From the IMG/VR virus record IMGVR_UViG_2974592485_000001, positions 42,186 through 106,185 of that record: a stretch of 64,000 bases of DNA; one strand, given 5' to 3'. Under the pieces are notes generated by a model that was not told the origin of the DNA, did not search any database, and saw only the letters and a program-made list of their open reading frames with translations. The DNA is from a virus. Its lineage: Duplodnaviria; Caudoviricetes. The translations under genes were made by a program, and so were the position numbers. This document shows positions 37,169 to 47,606 of the stretch, one piece after another (position 1 is the first letter of the stretch; each line of letters begins with the position of its first letter).

Positions 37169-38053
37169 ATGAAGAGTTGGAAAACTATGGCTCAAGAAGC
37201 CGAAGCAGAAATTAAATCTAGGCGCAATTTAGTAATAGTGGACGGTACAAACCTAGCATTTCGGTTTAATGGTAACAAAGGGGAATCCTTTTCTACCAGC
37301 TATATAAAAACTATTAACTCTTTTGGAAAATCCTATAACGCAAGACATATTATTGTTCTAGGAGATAAAGGCAAGTCTATATTCAGAACAGAAATAGATC
37401 CTGGCTATAAGGCAAATAGAGACGCTAAGTATGAAAATCAGACAGAAGCAGAACGTGCGGAGGCAAAAGCGTTTTTCGAATGTGTGGATGAGGCCTTTGA
37501 ACTATGTGCAACAACTCTACCAACTTTACGGATACGTGGAGTAGAGGCAGACGACTTGGCAGCGTATATTAAGGCACAAATAGGTCATCTATACGACCAT
37601 ATTTGGTTAATTTCCACAGATGGAGACTGGGATATACTGTTGGACGAAAATACCTCTAGATTTTCTTTCCAGACTAGAAAAGAGTACCGCATAGAGAATA
37701 TGTTTGATTACCATGGTGTTGACACGGTTGATCAGTTTGTATCTCTAAAAGCTATCATGGGAGATACAGGAGATAACGTAATAGGTGTTGAAGGCATAGG
37801 TGTCAAGAGGGGGTATAATCTAATTAAAGAATACGGCAGTGCCCTTGATATCGTAGACCAATTACCTCTACCAGGGAAGCAGAAGTTTATCCAAAGTTTA
37901 AATGCCTCAGGAGACCTGATCACTAGAAATCTAATGTTAGTAGATCTCAAAAGTTTTTGTGGGGAAGCTTTAGCAGCTGCGGGAGATACTGCTATTAACG
38001 CTGTGTCTGAATTACTAGCAGGATTAGAGAAAGAAATCTTAAATGGGGAGTAA
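37169..38053 (+). CDS. D15: D15 flap endonuclease / 5'-3' exonuclease
   Basis: VDGTNLAFR, YKANR, EADD, STDGD, GDTGDNV.GV.GIG motifs. Confidence 0.95.
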   Translation: MKSWKTMAQEAEAEIKSRRNLVIVDGTNLAFRFNGNKGESFSTSYIKTINSFGKSYNARHIIVLGDKGKSIFRTEIDPGYKANRDAKYENQTEAERAEAKAFFECVDEAFELCATTLPTLRIRGVEADDLAAYIKAQIGHLYDHIWLISTDGDWDILLDENTSRFSFQTRKEYRIENMFDYHGVDTVDQFVSLKAIMGDTGDNVIGVEGIGVKRGYNLIKEYGSALDIVDQLPLPGKQKFIQSLNASGDLITRNLMLVDLKSFCGEALAAAGDTAINAVSELLAGLEKEILNGE

Positions 38054-38534
38054 AATGGATAAGTTAACACTAAACACACCTACATATGGGCTTAAGGCTA
38101 CTTTAGATAACCTAGGGTGTATGCCTAAGATTGGTAGTAAAGATGCGGCAGCGCTAGATCTTAGGGTTTATTTAGGCAATAAAAGTACGGATGTTATGAG
38201 TGTGCTCCCAGCAGGGGCTACTAAACGCTATAGAACTGGAGTTAAGATTCAGATCCCTACGGGATGGTGTGGTTTAATATTACCCCGAAGTTCTACGGGA
38301 AAGCTACACTGTATCTTAGCTAATACTGTAGGATTAATAGACTCAGACTATCGAGGAGAGTTAGCACTAGAGATTACCAACTTAGGCACTGAGGACGTCA
38401 TTTTGGAAAACTTTCAAAGGGTATGTCAAATGGTAGTTGTTCCACATCTAAATCCTAATACCCTAGTAATTGTAGATACTTTAGATGATACTGACAGGGG
38501 GGAATCTGGATGGGGTTCTTCAGGAAAGGTTTAA
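38043..38534 (+). CDS. dut: Trimeric dUTPase
   Basis: AAALDL, PRSS, GLIDSDYRGE, RGESGWGSSG motifs. Confidence 0.95.
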   Translation: MGSKMDKLTLNTPTYGLKATLDNLGCMPKIGSKDAAALDLRVYLGNKSTDVMSVLPAGATKRYRTGVKIQIPTGWCGLILPRSSTGKLHCILANTVGLIDSDYRGELALEITNLGTEDVILENFQRVCQMVVVPHLNPNTLVIVDTLDDTDRGESGWGSSGKV

Positions 38535-38664
38535 ACTTAAAATTCAGGTTTAAAGAGGGATTTGGTATACAACTATATAGTCTTGATGAGATTACTGTGC
38601 TAAAGCAGCTGTATATTCAGGGCATAGGTGTCAAGAAAGCGCTAGTACAAGCAGTACACAAAAG

Positions 38665-38694
38665 AAAAGCCAACCTGTGAGGGTTGGCTTTTTT
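38665..38694. terminator. Bidirectional terminator between the early and late blocks
   Basis: aaaagccaacc...ggttggctttttt. Confidence 0.85.
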
Positions 38695-38699
38695 ACTTA

Positions 38700-40544
38700 T
38701 TAAGTATTACTGTACACGTTGCTATGTAGAGTTTTACTTGTAGGAAGTGTATACACAAACTCTTCTCTAGCTGGCATCTGTACTCTCAAGCTAACAAATG
38801 AATCACTAGGAATATCTATAGGATCACCTTCTGAGACTCCAGGTATTTCATTTCTGGCGAATTCCATAGCACTAGGATGGGTTCTATGATACGTCTTTAA
38901 AATAATAGAACCATCTTCTTCTATGTCGTAGTCTAACCAAAGTTTTTCCAGACCATTACGACATTTAGGCCCAACTATACCTCCCTCTATACCCCCCCAT
39001 GCTAGATCAGAATTTAATCCTAGGCAGCCAGAAATTCTGTATACCCCAGTACTTAGTCTCTCTGTTTCCAGTCCCTCAGACTCTTCATTTACTTCGGAAC
39101 TCCCGTTGGAAAACACTTTTACGATCGGTGAGGCTGCTTTTAGGAACCCGTTAGCGTCCACAGTAACGTTACCTGTATGGTAGATGTCTACGCCCGCCCC
39201 CCAAACTCCGGCCCTCATCTTAACAAATCTGAAGTTATGTTGGTTGTTAGTCATATTATCATCTACTAGAACAAACCCCCACTGGTCTGAGTCACTCCCC
39301 CCATTTTCCCTATTTGAGTTACCTCCACGATGTCTGACGTTTATGAACGTGCGCCATCTACTATCGGAATTGTCCAGCGCTGAGCCCATAGCTTGTTCAC
39401 CGCGCCAGCTGTCGAGTATTGCGGTAATATTATCGTATCCCGGAGCAGCCCTCGCATTTCTAACAAAACCTTTTGATGCAGGAAAGATTATGGATTGAGC
39501 GTCTAAGGATATTGTGCTGTTAGCTTTTTGGTTACGAAGAACTAGCGTATTGTCACCTTGAGTTGGGCAACCTAAAATCCATCGAGTTGAGCCGTCGTTG
39601 TCCTGCCCCTCAATCCAGCTAGCTCCCCCTAGCGTAGCAGACTGAAGCATGAAACTAGCGTAGTCACGAATAAATACTTTAAGTGAGTTTATAGCCTGTA
39701 CTGTATCTGTTGTCATTGGGCTAAGGTTTTTACTATTCCACCCCGTAGACCAGGCGTTTTCCCAGGTACCTTGGTTACAACTAATTTGAGCAACCCTACC
39801 TTGTGCATTAGGGAACTCCGCAGCTATAAGAACTCCAAAAAAATTAGTGAAGTCAATAACGTTCCAGTAAAGGATGCAGTTAGTGAAACCGGCGGGCCTA
39901 TTTATAGCTGTTGGGTTAGTCCAGTATAGACCACTAGCTCTTGTAGCTGTAAAATAGTCAAACAAGTTAGTTCCATCAGGGATCCTAACCGCTTTTCCAC
40001 CCCACCCAAACTGACCGTTAGTTGTTTTGGTAGACAGCTGAGTATTAACGTAAGAAGTATCTGCCTTATTTGCTAGAAGAGCTGTAACACCTAAGTTATC
40101 TCTAGAAGCAGGTTTGTTAGGTAGATCTGCTAAGTTTTGGTCTTTACGCAGTGCTAGCCCTAACTCCGCAGCAGCGTCTTGGGCAGATTGTTCCGCAGCA
40201 GTTGCAGAGTTAGCAGCGGATGTTGCACTATTAGCAGCATTCGTAGCATGACCTTGAGACTGAGTTGCGCTAGTTGCAGAGTTATTTGCACTAGTCAGAG
40301 AGTCCTGAGCAAATCCCTGTGACTGTGTAGCCGAGTTAGCAGACTGAGTAGCACTATTAGCAGCGTCTTGGGCAGATTGTTCCGCAGCAGTTGCGGCAGT
40401 TTGTGCATCCTCTACAGCTTCATAAAGCTCTGAAACGGTAATTCCAGCTAGACTAGTTGCCAGCTGGATTGTGTATTTAGGGTATTTGCTAACAGATAAT
40501 TCATCTGTAGGAAATATCTGTTGTACTATGATTTTAGTTGCCAT
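38700..40544 (-). CDS. ltf: L-shaped (side) tail fibre
   Basis: T5 Ltf-like N-terminus (TKIIVQQI), Ala/Ser heptad stalk, C-terminal VDANGFLKAASPIVK...DIP...RVQMP fibre domain. Confidence 0.88.
   Translation of the reverse strand: MATKIIVQQIFPTDELSVSKYPKYTIQLATSLAGITVSELYEAVEDAQTAATAAEQSAQDAANSATQSANSATQSQGFAQDSLTSANNSATSATQSQGHATNAANSATSAANSATAAEQSAQDAAAELGLALRKDQNLADLPNKPASRDNLGVTALLANKADTSYVNTQLSTKTTNGQFGWGGKAVRIPDGTNLFDYFTATRASGLYWTNPTAINRPAGFTNCILYWNVIDFTNFFGVLIAAEFPNAQGRVAQISCNQGTWENAWSTGWNSKNLSPMTTDTVQAINSLKVFIRDYASFMLQSATLGGASWIEGQDNDGSTRWILGCPTQGDNTLVLRNQKANSTISLDAQSIIFPASKGFVRNARAAPGYDNITAILDSWRGEQAMGSALDNSDSRWRTFINVRHRGGNSNRENGGSDSDQWGFVLVDDNMTNNQHNFRFVKMRAGVWGAGVDIYHTGNVTVDANGFLKAASPIVKVFSNGSSEVNEESEGLETERLSTGVYRISGCLGLNSDLAWGGIEGGIVGPKCRNGLEKLWLDYDIEEDGSIILKTYHRTHPSAMEFARNEIPGVSEGDPIDIPSDSFVSLRVQMPAREEFVYTLPTSKTLHSNVYSNT
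40170..40394. repeat. 36-bp exact direct repeat in the ltf stalk
   Basis: agcagcgtcttgggcagattgttccgcagcagttgc at 40170-40205 and 40359-40394 (offset 189 bp, in frame). Confidence 0.85.
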
Positions 40545-40917
40545 CTGTTACTCCTAAGCTAACAAAGATTCTACCCTGGATAATTCTAGTAGTCATTGAA
40601 GTCCTGCTAACTAAAATATCATAGTAACCTACGAATCTTTTTCTTGTATCGAATTTATCCACAGGAGTTGTACTAGCGTTAGATACTAGAACGGCTACCT
40701 CCGCTTTAGTTAAGGATATGGTAGCCAGCCCTGCTTCCGCATCTCGTATAGTTGAGGTGAAGTTAACTATAGGATTTGCGCCTAGACTGGTAGCTATGCT
40801 ACCTGAGATGGCCAATCCTGTTAGATCTGTAGGACCATCATCTTCGGAGAATTGAAGTAATAGAGAGTAATCTATGTTCTCATCTATTACTAAGTCTAAA
40901 TTTTTGTTTTCTGTCAT
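40534..40917 (-). CDS. Collar protein (p132-like, fibre attachment)
   Basis: MTENK..L.ID, RKRFVGYYD, RI.QG..VS.GVT; synteny. Confidence 0.8.
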   Translation of the reverse strand: MTENKNLDLVIDENIDYSLLLQFSEDDGPTDLTGLAISGSIATSLGANPIVNFTSTIRDAEAGLATISLTKAEVAVLVSNASTTPVDKFDTRKRFVGYYDILVSRTSMTTRIIQGRIFVSLGVTDGN

Positions 40918-40919
40918 TG

Positions 40920-41588
40920 TTAGGTTCCTAATACCTGTTGGTAATATTGGTCATAGAAAGTAGTATCTATGCACAAGGGGGCTGCTTGAGTATCTGTCCT
41001 ACTAAAAGCAGAGTTAGTATAAGTAATTCTAACTTCTACAGACATTACCCTATGTTTTAGTATAGACCCAGTGTAGATACCATTAAAACCAAAAGCGGAT
41101 ATAGCCGTCCAATAGCCTGAACCCCCAGTTGGGTCCACTGTTTCAAGACCAGAATATCCAGGAGTTATGGCTATAGGAATAGTACTTACTAAATCTTCTG
41201 TCAAGTCTACTAGTCTACATTTTAAAGGTAAAGTATTTGCATGCCATACTATCTCTCCATTGTTGTATACAAATATTCCCCAATCGGGAGTGTTTACTAA
41301 GTGGTTGGCAAATACATATACTAAAATAGGGGTATTAATACCGGGAGGTACTAGTACTTGAAGTCGTACAAACTCTTGGTCTTTTAGTATGTCCACTACG
41401 CATACAGCAGGTACTGTAGGAGAGTACACCACAGGCCTGTAAAATACTAGAACCTCTTTAGAAGATGGGACTTTAGTAGTGATTATAGTTGTACCTACAG
41501 GACATTGTTGATAATGAACTAAGTTAGCGGGTATTTGATTAGGAGAAATAGCTAACTTGTCATTTTTCATTAATTCAACACCAAACAT
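40920..41588 (-). CDS. Tail-tip associated protein (lambdoid/T1 J-downstream type; candidate receptor-binding protein)
   Basis: MFGVEL... and DWGIFVYN.GEIVW motifs, typical of ~220-aa genes downstream of gpJ. Confidence 0.55.
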   Translation of the reverse strand: MFGVELMKNDKLAISPNQIPANLVHYQQCPVGTTIITTKVPSSKEVLVFYRPVVYSPTVPAVCVVDILKDQEFVRLQVLVPPGINTPILVYVFANHLVNTPDWGIFVYNNGEIVWHANTLPLKCRLVDLTEDLVSTIPIAITPGYSGLETVDPTGGSGYWTAISAFGFNGIYTGSILKHRVMSVEVRITYTNSAFSRTDTQAAPLCIDTTFYDQYYQQVLGT

Positions 41589-41872
41589 TATATACCCTCC
41601 ATAGTTACTAGTATTCTAGAGTTAACAGGGGTATTCCAAGTAATAGTGTTGCCAGTTACTACCAATGGGGTAGTAATAGAAGTATATACTTCTCCGAGTA
41701 CTAAGTAACTACAGGATGCTACTAGCTTAAACCCCTGAGGAATACTGTATGTTCTCGTACCCGAGGTGTTGCCTAATGGGTATATTATATCTATAACATA
41801 ACTAAAGTCTATAGAGTTAAATGCGTCAAAAGAGGTGCCCTTTAAAAACGTTTGTATACCGAAATCACTCAT
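41588..41872 (-). CDS. Small tail-tip associated protein
   Basis: FGIQTF N-terminus and GNTITW C-terminus, typical of ~100-aa J-downstream genes. Confidence 0.55.
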   Translation of the reverse strand: MSDFGIQTFLKGTSFDAFNSIDFSYVIDIIYPLGNTSGTRTYSIPQGFKLVASCSYLVLGEVYTSITTPLVVTGNTITWNTPVNSRILVTMEGI

Positions 41873-44091
41873 AAACGTCTTCCTATAACTACAGCAACTT
41901 GATTATTATCGTCGTATACTATAATTCTGTCATTTTTAATGTTCATTCTCCCTGCCCCAGCGGTACCCCCGTTCATTTCTATAACCCCTGTTGCAAAGTT
42001 TAATGACGTGCCCGTAGTATTAGGTACATAGTTATCCGAATTTATAGTTTCTGCAATTTTAGCTCTAGTAATTGCAGCATCTTTAATCTTGGCAGACTCT
42101 ATAGTCGCATTAGCTATCTTGGCATTAGTAATAGTGGCATCAGCAATTTTAGCACCAGTTATAGTAGCATCTAAGATCTTAGCATTAGGAATGGTACCGT
42201 TAACTATCATATCCCCGTGAACTACTAAATCCGGAGTACCCCATGCTGTTCCATTCCAGTATCTAGTATATGCTATGCTAGGGGTTTCAGGTCTGTACTG
42301 AGTCAAAACATCTCCCAAGACTGGGCCACTACCAAAGTTGCTATTAAAGAAAGCATTAGCAGTGGCAACATTAAACCCTACTGTACCTGGAACTGGTTGA
42401 GTATATATACCTGCTCCTCTTCCGCCTTCTTCTGAGGAACCCTCTGAACCGGACCACTGAACTGGTGTAGACCAAGAGGTACCCGACACTAGAGTATTAG
42501 TAATTGGGTCTAACGTGCCTGTAGAAACGTATATGTTTTGTGTGGCTACGTCTCTGGCAGGAGGAGTTGTTGCCCATCCAGGAGGTGGGTATCCAGAGTT
42601 AGTAGGTGTTGCGGGAGTTGTAGATGCAGCAATATATATAAATACTGTCTGCTTACCTTGTATACCCTCACCTAAAGGTATATCCCCGTTAGGAGTTCCT
42701 AAAACTACCTGCCCGGATATTCTAAGGGTATCCCCATCATATCTAATGTACTGGGTAGAGTTACCTAAGTCAAATTTTGGTTTTAAGGTAGTGTTATCTA
42801 TACCCATCCAAATACCGGAATTAGCATCTCCCCAAGATTTACCTTGACTGTATATTGCGGGATTGTCTTCACCCGTTAAGTTAGTCAATATAAAACTAGC
42901 AGAGTATATACTTTTAGTTATAACTGATCCATCAACGTTAACTATCTTGCTAACAGGATCGAAGGATATTGGTGCCCTGCCTTGGCCATCTAAAGCACCT
43001 AAACTTACACTACCTGTGGCAGCATCTATTAAGAAGGATTGTTTTCTAACCCCACTGTCTAGAAACGTACCTTTAATATGCGCGTAGTTGACCTCTATTC
43101 CTGTTTCATTAGTAAAGCTAGAGTCTAGTGGAGTATCTGGAGTAAGTATAAACTCTACTGGATCAGACTCTGTAACTGCTTGGGTATCTGGACCCCACGC
43201 TATAGAGGATACTTTAAACCTATACGTTCTGCTTAAAGGAAAGGATGTTATAGTTGCCGCTCTGGCTGCACCCACATTTATAACTTGAGCCTTAGACCAC
43301 CCTGTAGCTGCGTATTCTGAAGACTCTATATAGTGGAGAGAGAATTCTCTAACATTAGCACCTGTCTCCTTCTCCCAATCCCACTCTACTCTAAGGTCAT
43401 AACGTTCCTTACCATCTTGAATCCTAGCTACTCTAAACCGCATGTTTTTAGGGGCTGTAGGGGGTACAAAGTTATACTTAACATCTAGTACGCCCGGAAA
43501 TTCATAAGGTATTGAACTTTCTGTAGTAGTGCCATCAGGTAAGGTTATAAAACCAGATATGCGCACGTTATACTGACCAATAGGTACTCCACTAAAGGAA
43601 ATACTAGGACTTATAGGACCAGTGTAGTATCTTACCCATTGTGTGCTACCTACTAACTTGAACTCTATAACGCAGTAGTCAGCATCCCCAGAAGTACCTA
43701 TAGTAACCCTAGGCGGTCCTACACCTACGTCTACAGATTCTGCAATAGAATTTGCAGATGTTATAGTAGGGTATACTTTAGTGGTAAATGTAGTAGGATC
43801 TGATAAGTTAATACCTATCTGCGCCCCTAGTAGCTCTGAATCAACCATAGCATCGAAAAACGCACCCCTTATAGTATAGGCTGCGTTAGGGACAAAACTA
43901 GATAATGTTACAAAGTTTATACTAGTGTCAGTAATGTCTCTACGTTCAGATACCCCTCCTGGACCAGAAGTCCAGAAGGATCTACCTACAACGTCATAGT
44001 CTCTGTAGATACTATGTAATATATAGACTTTAGTATACGATGCAACCAAAGACTGTATAATTAATTTTTCTGTTGCATTGTTAACTATCAT
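41869..44091 (-). CDS. pb4: Central straight tail fibre (pb4-like) with gpJ-like C-terminus
   Basis: FNIII-like N-terminal region; C-terminal ITxAKI repeats and I.SDNY...VYD.N...V.IG.L ending. Confidence 0.82.
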   Translation of the reverse strand: MIVNNATEKLIIQSLVASYTKVYILHSIYRDYDVVGRSFWTSGPGGVSERRDITDTSINFVTLSSFVPNAAYTIRGAFFDAMVDSELLGAQIGINLSDPTTFTTKVYPTITSANSIAESVDVGVGPPRVTIGTSGDADYCVIEFKLVGSTQWVRYYTGPISPSISFSGVPIGQYNVRISGFITLPDGTTTESSIPYEFPGVLDVKYNFVPPTAPKNMRFRVARIQDGKERYDLRVEWDWEKETGANVREFSLHYIESSEYAATGWSKAQVINVGAARAATITSFPLSRTYRFKVSSIAWGPDTQAVTESDPVEFILTPDTPLDSSFTNETGIEVNYAHIKGTFLDSGVRKQSFLIDAATGSVSLGALDGQGRAPISFDPVSKIVNVDGSVITKSIYSASFILTNLTGEDNPAIYSQGKSWGDANSGIWMGIDNTTLKPKFDLGNSTQYIRYDGDTLRISGQVVLGTPNGDIPLGEGIQGKQTVFIYIAASTTPATPTNSGYPPPGWATTPPARDVATQNIYVSTGTLDPITNTLVSGTSWSTPVQWSGSEGSSEEGGRGAGIYTQPVPGTVGFNVATANAFFNSNFGSGPVLGDVLTQYRPETPSIAYTRYWNGTAWGTPDLVVHGDMIVNGTIPNAKILDATITGAKIADATITNAKIANATIESAKIKDAAITRAKIAETINSDNYVPNTTGTSLNFATGVIEMNGGTAGAGRMNIKNDRIIVYDDNNQVAVVIGRRL

Positions 44092-46922
44092 ATGTTAGTC
44101 CACCCAATTGACTGTTCTCCTTTAGACCCTTCTGCTCGGATTCTAAAGTCTAAGTTTCTGTTTATACCGAGAGTTTGATGCTCTGCTTGATAGTCCTGTT
44201 TGTTAAACACTAGAGAGTAGGTGTATGTTAAGGAGGATGTTAAAACCTCACGTATCATATTACTGCTAGAGTATACCTGGACTCTGTAAACCAAGTCTTC
44301 GATTATGCCCGTTTCAGGAATAGCGCTCCAACGTAACTGCACGTCAGATCCTGCAAACTCATTAGTACCCGCTACTCGGTTAACTACTTCAAAGTTAGAA
44401 ACCATGGACAAGTTAGTAGCAGGATTTAGCATGAAAGATAGAGTTACAGGCGAGCTTCTCTTACCAGTAATGTCTACCGCTCGTATTTCTATAGTTACTA
44501 GACCTTCTGGCTGCTCTCTAATTACAAATCTCATTCTCTCATTAGGATTAGGGTTTATAGACTCAACTACAAAACTGTCCGCAGAGTATGATGTTCTTAC
44601 ACTGTAATACGTAACACTATTAGTTAAGCTAGGAAGCCATGATACATATCCGTTTACCCCGGGTACCCCATCTGCAATTACCGCAGCTTCATAAAGTACG
44701 TCCCTAGGAGGTAGTATAGTGTTTGTCTCAATAGGTATAGTGGTATTATTTTCCGTTTGGGGAGAATTAATAAATACATCCTCACCGTATTCTTGCAGTA
44801 CAACATCTAAACTACCGTCTGTGTTATTTTCAACCTCATCTACCAAGAAATACTTATCTTCCCAACCATATCTATCGTAAGTGAAAGATATAGCATCATT
44901 AGGCTCTATACCTATGAACTTATAAGGAAGCGTGAAAGATAAAGTTCGGCTATATCTAGACTTCTTGAGCTCTCTAGCTGCGAAAGATCTAGCAGTATAG
45001 TAGTTAGTTATTGCCCCAAAGGATAGCTGAAGTTTTTTATCCAGACCATTGTCTTGTTTCTTAAAGTTAGAGTCAAAGAAAGTTACAGAGTTTGCTTTCC
45101 ACCCCATAGAAGGGTCAGAAAGAGAGGCCTGAACAGAGTTAAACTTATTACGCCCAGTAGTATCAGATAACTCAAGATTACCAAAGGTATCTAAGAAATT
45201 AATCTTTCTAGGGTTAGCGTCCCATTTCTCTATAGTTATTCGGTATTCTCCAGATAACGTATTAATAGCCCCCTTATATGAGTCTAAAACCTCCTGAACG
45301 TTCTTGAACACAGATTGGGCTGTATCTATAATAGTGTTTAGTTGCACTACTTGTCTATTTTCAGCAAAACGTACTTTCCAGCCTGTGTATCTCCAGTATG
45401 TATTCCAGTTAACTTCGTAACTAGTATCTATAATGTCTAGTAGTTTAGCTTGAGCAACCATGTTATCTAGCGGTATTAGGTCTAATGGTATACCTGCCCC
45501 ATAAATATCTGAAGTAAGGTAATCCAAGGTCTGCCAGATACCGTTTAGAGATGTTTCCTGATTGGATACTAAGCCGTTTTCGTTATACACTCTAATCTTT
45601 TTACCTGCAACATCCGCATTTATTGTGGGTATATCAGCTCTATTCTCATTAATGGTATACCTAGCTATTACGTATGCAGTATCTAACAGCTGATATCTAC
45701 TATCCCAGTATTCGGGGCCTATGTTATCCATAGACTGTAGGTAAAATCCTTGAGTAGCTGCTAAGTCAACCAATACCTGCGCAGCTTCTTGATTGGATTT
45801 ACCGTGGAACGTCCAAAAACGTATCTCTCCGTTCCCATCATTATATATATACTCCTGCCCATGAGTACTAGGGTCGGATGTAGGTAAACCTGATGCAAGC
45901 CTATGCATCGTGTCACCATTAACACGCTTTCTACCAAAACACGTTCTATCAGAAGCATCAGAGTCATCGTAGCATATTAAAGGGGCGTCCCCTACTTGGA
46001 TGTCTAAGAATCCCTCTATTTCCCCTTCACAAAAGGCGTATATAACATACACTATGTTAGGGTTATTCTTCTCAGTATCTGCAAAAATAGGAATACCCGG
46101 AACATTTTGCACACCATATACTACAGGTAGAAACTTCGCAGCAAGGTTAAAGTCTATATCAACTGTTTTAGTAACAGTCTCATAGTACTCTTCCATACTA
46201 TAGCTAGCAGACAGACCAAACAGTTTCTTCTTTTTATTAAGTCTATATCTAAGTTCTTGTACCTGATATTTAGCTAAGATATTAACAGATTTGTTGGAGT
46301 GGTAGAATCCCATATCTGTTTTATACTCTTCCCTCTTAACGGAATCTGAAGGTACTAGCTCCCCATTAACAACCTCTAAGGCTCTATGAGTTGCATCATC
46401 TGTGTATCTGCCATTTACTCTATCAAAATCATAAAATTGGTTGGAACACTGCCATGTTATTACTGAAGACCCGTTACCAGAAGTAGTAACATTATCCTTG
46501 ATACCTCCACTATTGATCTTACCGTTGAAGTATAGGAAGGGGTCTTGCGTGTCATCATCAGAGAAAGGTAAAATAGATCCATCTTCCCTAATAACAGCTT
46601 GATATATAACTACGGATCTATCTAAAAAAGATACACCATTCTGAACTAGTTTAACCACCTCATCTTGGTCAGTGCCTGCTACAGTAAAGGATATAGATCC
46701 AATAGTCAGCTTTCTGTCCTGTTTGTGGGAGGATATAGAACGTATCTTACCCGATACATATAAGTTACCCCTAAAGGATATATTTTTATAGTAGTTAGTA
46801 AAATACGCATAGCTCTGGGTGGAACTACCATCTGAAGGTAGTTGAATAGCTACTAGACAAGCCATGTCTATTCTACTTGTATTATCTAGATATTCTATAG
46901 CGCTGTCTAGTACTTTCTTCAT
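44088..46922 (-). CDS. pb3: Baseplate hub / tail tip protein (pb3-like)
   Basis: 944 aa; LPVVYG, CEGEIEG motifs; synteny. Confidence 0.9.
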   Translation of the reverse strand: MKKVLDSAIEYLDNTSRIDMACLVAIQLPSDGSSTQSYAYFTNYYKNISFRGNLYVSGKIRSISSHKQDRKLTIGSISFTVAGTDQDEVVKLVQNGVSFLDRSVVIYQAVIREDGSILPFSDDDTQDPFLYFNGKINSGGIKDNVTTSGNGSSVITWQCSNQFYDFDRVNGRYTDDATHRALEVVNGELVPSDSVKREEYKTDMGFYHSNKSVNILAKYQVQELRYRLNKKKKLFGLSASYSMEEYYETVTKTVDIDFNLAAKFLPVVYGVQNVPGIPIFADTEKNNPNIVYVIYAFCEGEIEGFLDIQVGDAPLICYDDSDASDRTCFGRKRVNGDTMHRLASGLPTSDPSTHGQEYIYNDGNGEIRFWTFHGKSNQEAAQVLVDLAATQGFYLQSMDNIGPEYWDSRYQLLDTAYVIARYTINENRADIPTINADVAGKKIRVYNENGLVSNQETSLNGIWQTLDYLTSDIYGAGIPLDLIPLDNMVAQAKLLDIIDTSYEVNWNTYWRYTGWKVRFAENRQVVQLNTIIDTAQSVFKNVQEVLDSYKGAINTLSGEYRITIEKWDANPRKINFLDTFGNLELSDTTGRNKFNSVQASLSDPSMGWKANSVTFFDSNFKKQDNGLDKKLQLSFGAITNYYTARSFAARELKKSRYSRTLSFTLPYKFIGIEPNDAISFTYDRYGWEDKYFLVDEVENNTDGSLDVVLQEYGEDVFINSPQTENNTTIPIETNTILPPRDVLYEAAVIADGVPGVNGYVSWLPSLTNSVTYYSVRTSYSADSFVVESINPNPNERMRFVIREQPEGLVTIEIRAVDITGKRSSPVTLSFMLNPATNLSMVSNFEVVNRVAGTNEFAGSDVQLRWSAIPETGIIEDLVYRVQVYSSSNMIREVLTSSLTYTYSLVFNKQDYQAEHQTLGINRNLDFRIRAEGSKGEQSIGWTNI

Positions 46923-47536
46923 TGAATATGTTCCCGTAGTTGGAGAGTAGGAGGAGAGTAAATGCCGTCAATCGTGATACTCTCTCTAAAATTATCTCCA
47001 TTCATAAGTTTTGTCGTAAACAGTATACCAGTAAATACAGGCTTCTCATTACCAGTAGTTGTTATAAATAGATCAGGGTATAGTCCTAGTGTCCAAGAAT
47101 TAGCGTTCTCGGTCAAACTAACTATCTTATACACCTTGGAATGGTTGCTTAACTTAAACAAATCTCCTAGATTAGGTTTACCCGATAAGACGTTAGTATT
47201 ATTTATTACAAGTGAATTACCCTTCTGACCTAAAGGTATACTAGTAAGCGCAGTATTGCCCCTTACTCTATAGGCCTCATATTGAGGTAATACTACCTCA
47301 AACGTACCCCTAGAACGTTTGTAGTTCAGTATACTAGCGGATAAAATGTTATACTCTTCAGGGAGCATATCAGAATACCCTATTTCTATGCCCCAGTATT
47401 GGGCAGATATATGTATCTCACTAACCTTTCCGTTAGGTAATTCTTCTCGTATAACCGGGTCATTGTCTATCAAGTCTGCGGTTGTAAATCCTAAGCCAGG
47501 ATACATAGGATGTGTAAAAGGATCTGGTAGTCTCAT
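46919..47536 (-). CDS. pb9: Distal tail protein (pb9-like)
   Basis: MRLPDP...GLGF N-terminus; synteny. Confidence 0.88.
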   Translation of the reverse strand: MRLPDPFTHPMYPGLGFTTADLIDNDPVIREELPNGKVSEIHISAQYWGIEIGYSDMLPEEYNILSASILNYKRSRGTFEVVLPQYEAYRVRGNTALTSIPLGQKGNSLVINNTNVLSGKPNLGDLFKLSNHSKVYKIVSLTENANSWTLGLYPDLFITTTGNEKPVFTGILFTTKLMNGDNFRESITIDGIYSPPTLQLREHIQ

Positions 47537-47560
47537 AGTGGTAACTCCTTAATATAACCA

Positions 47561-47589
47561 ATTATATCACTATAAACAAAAATTTACAA
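47561..47589 (-). promoter_or_regulatory. Sigma70 late promoter
   Basis: TTGTAA-N17-TATAAT. Confidence 0.7.
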
Positions 47590-47606
47590 GGACATTTTTT
47601 TATTCA

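Noticed and set aside
38535-38664. Possible small gene or sRNA between dut and the terminator
   Set aside because: No convincing ORF, promoter or stable structure.
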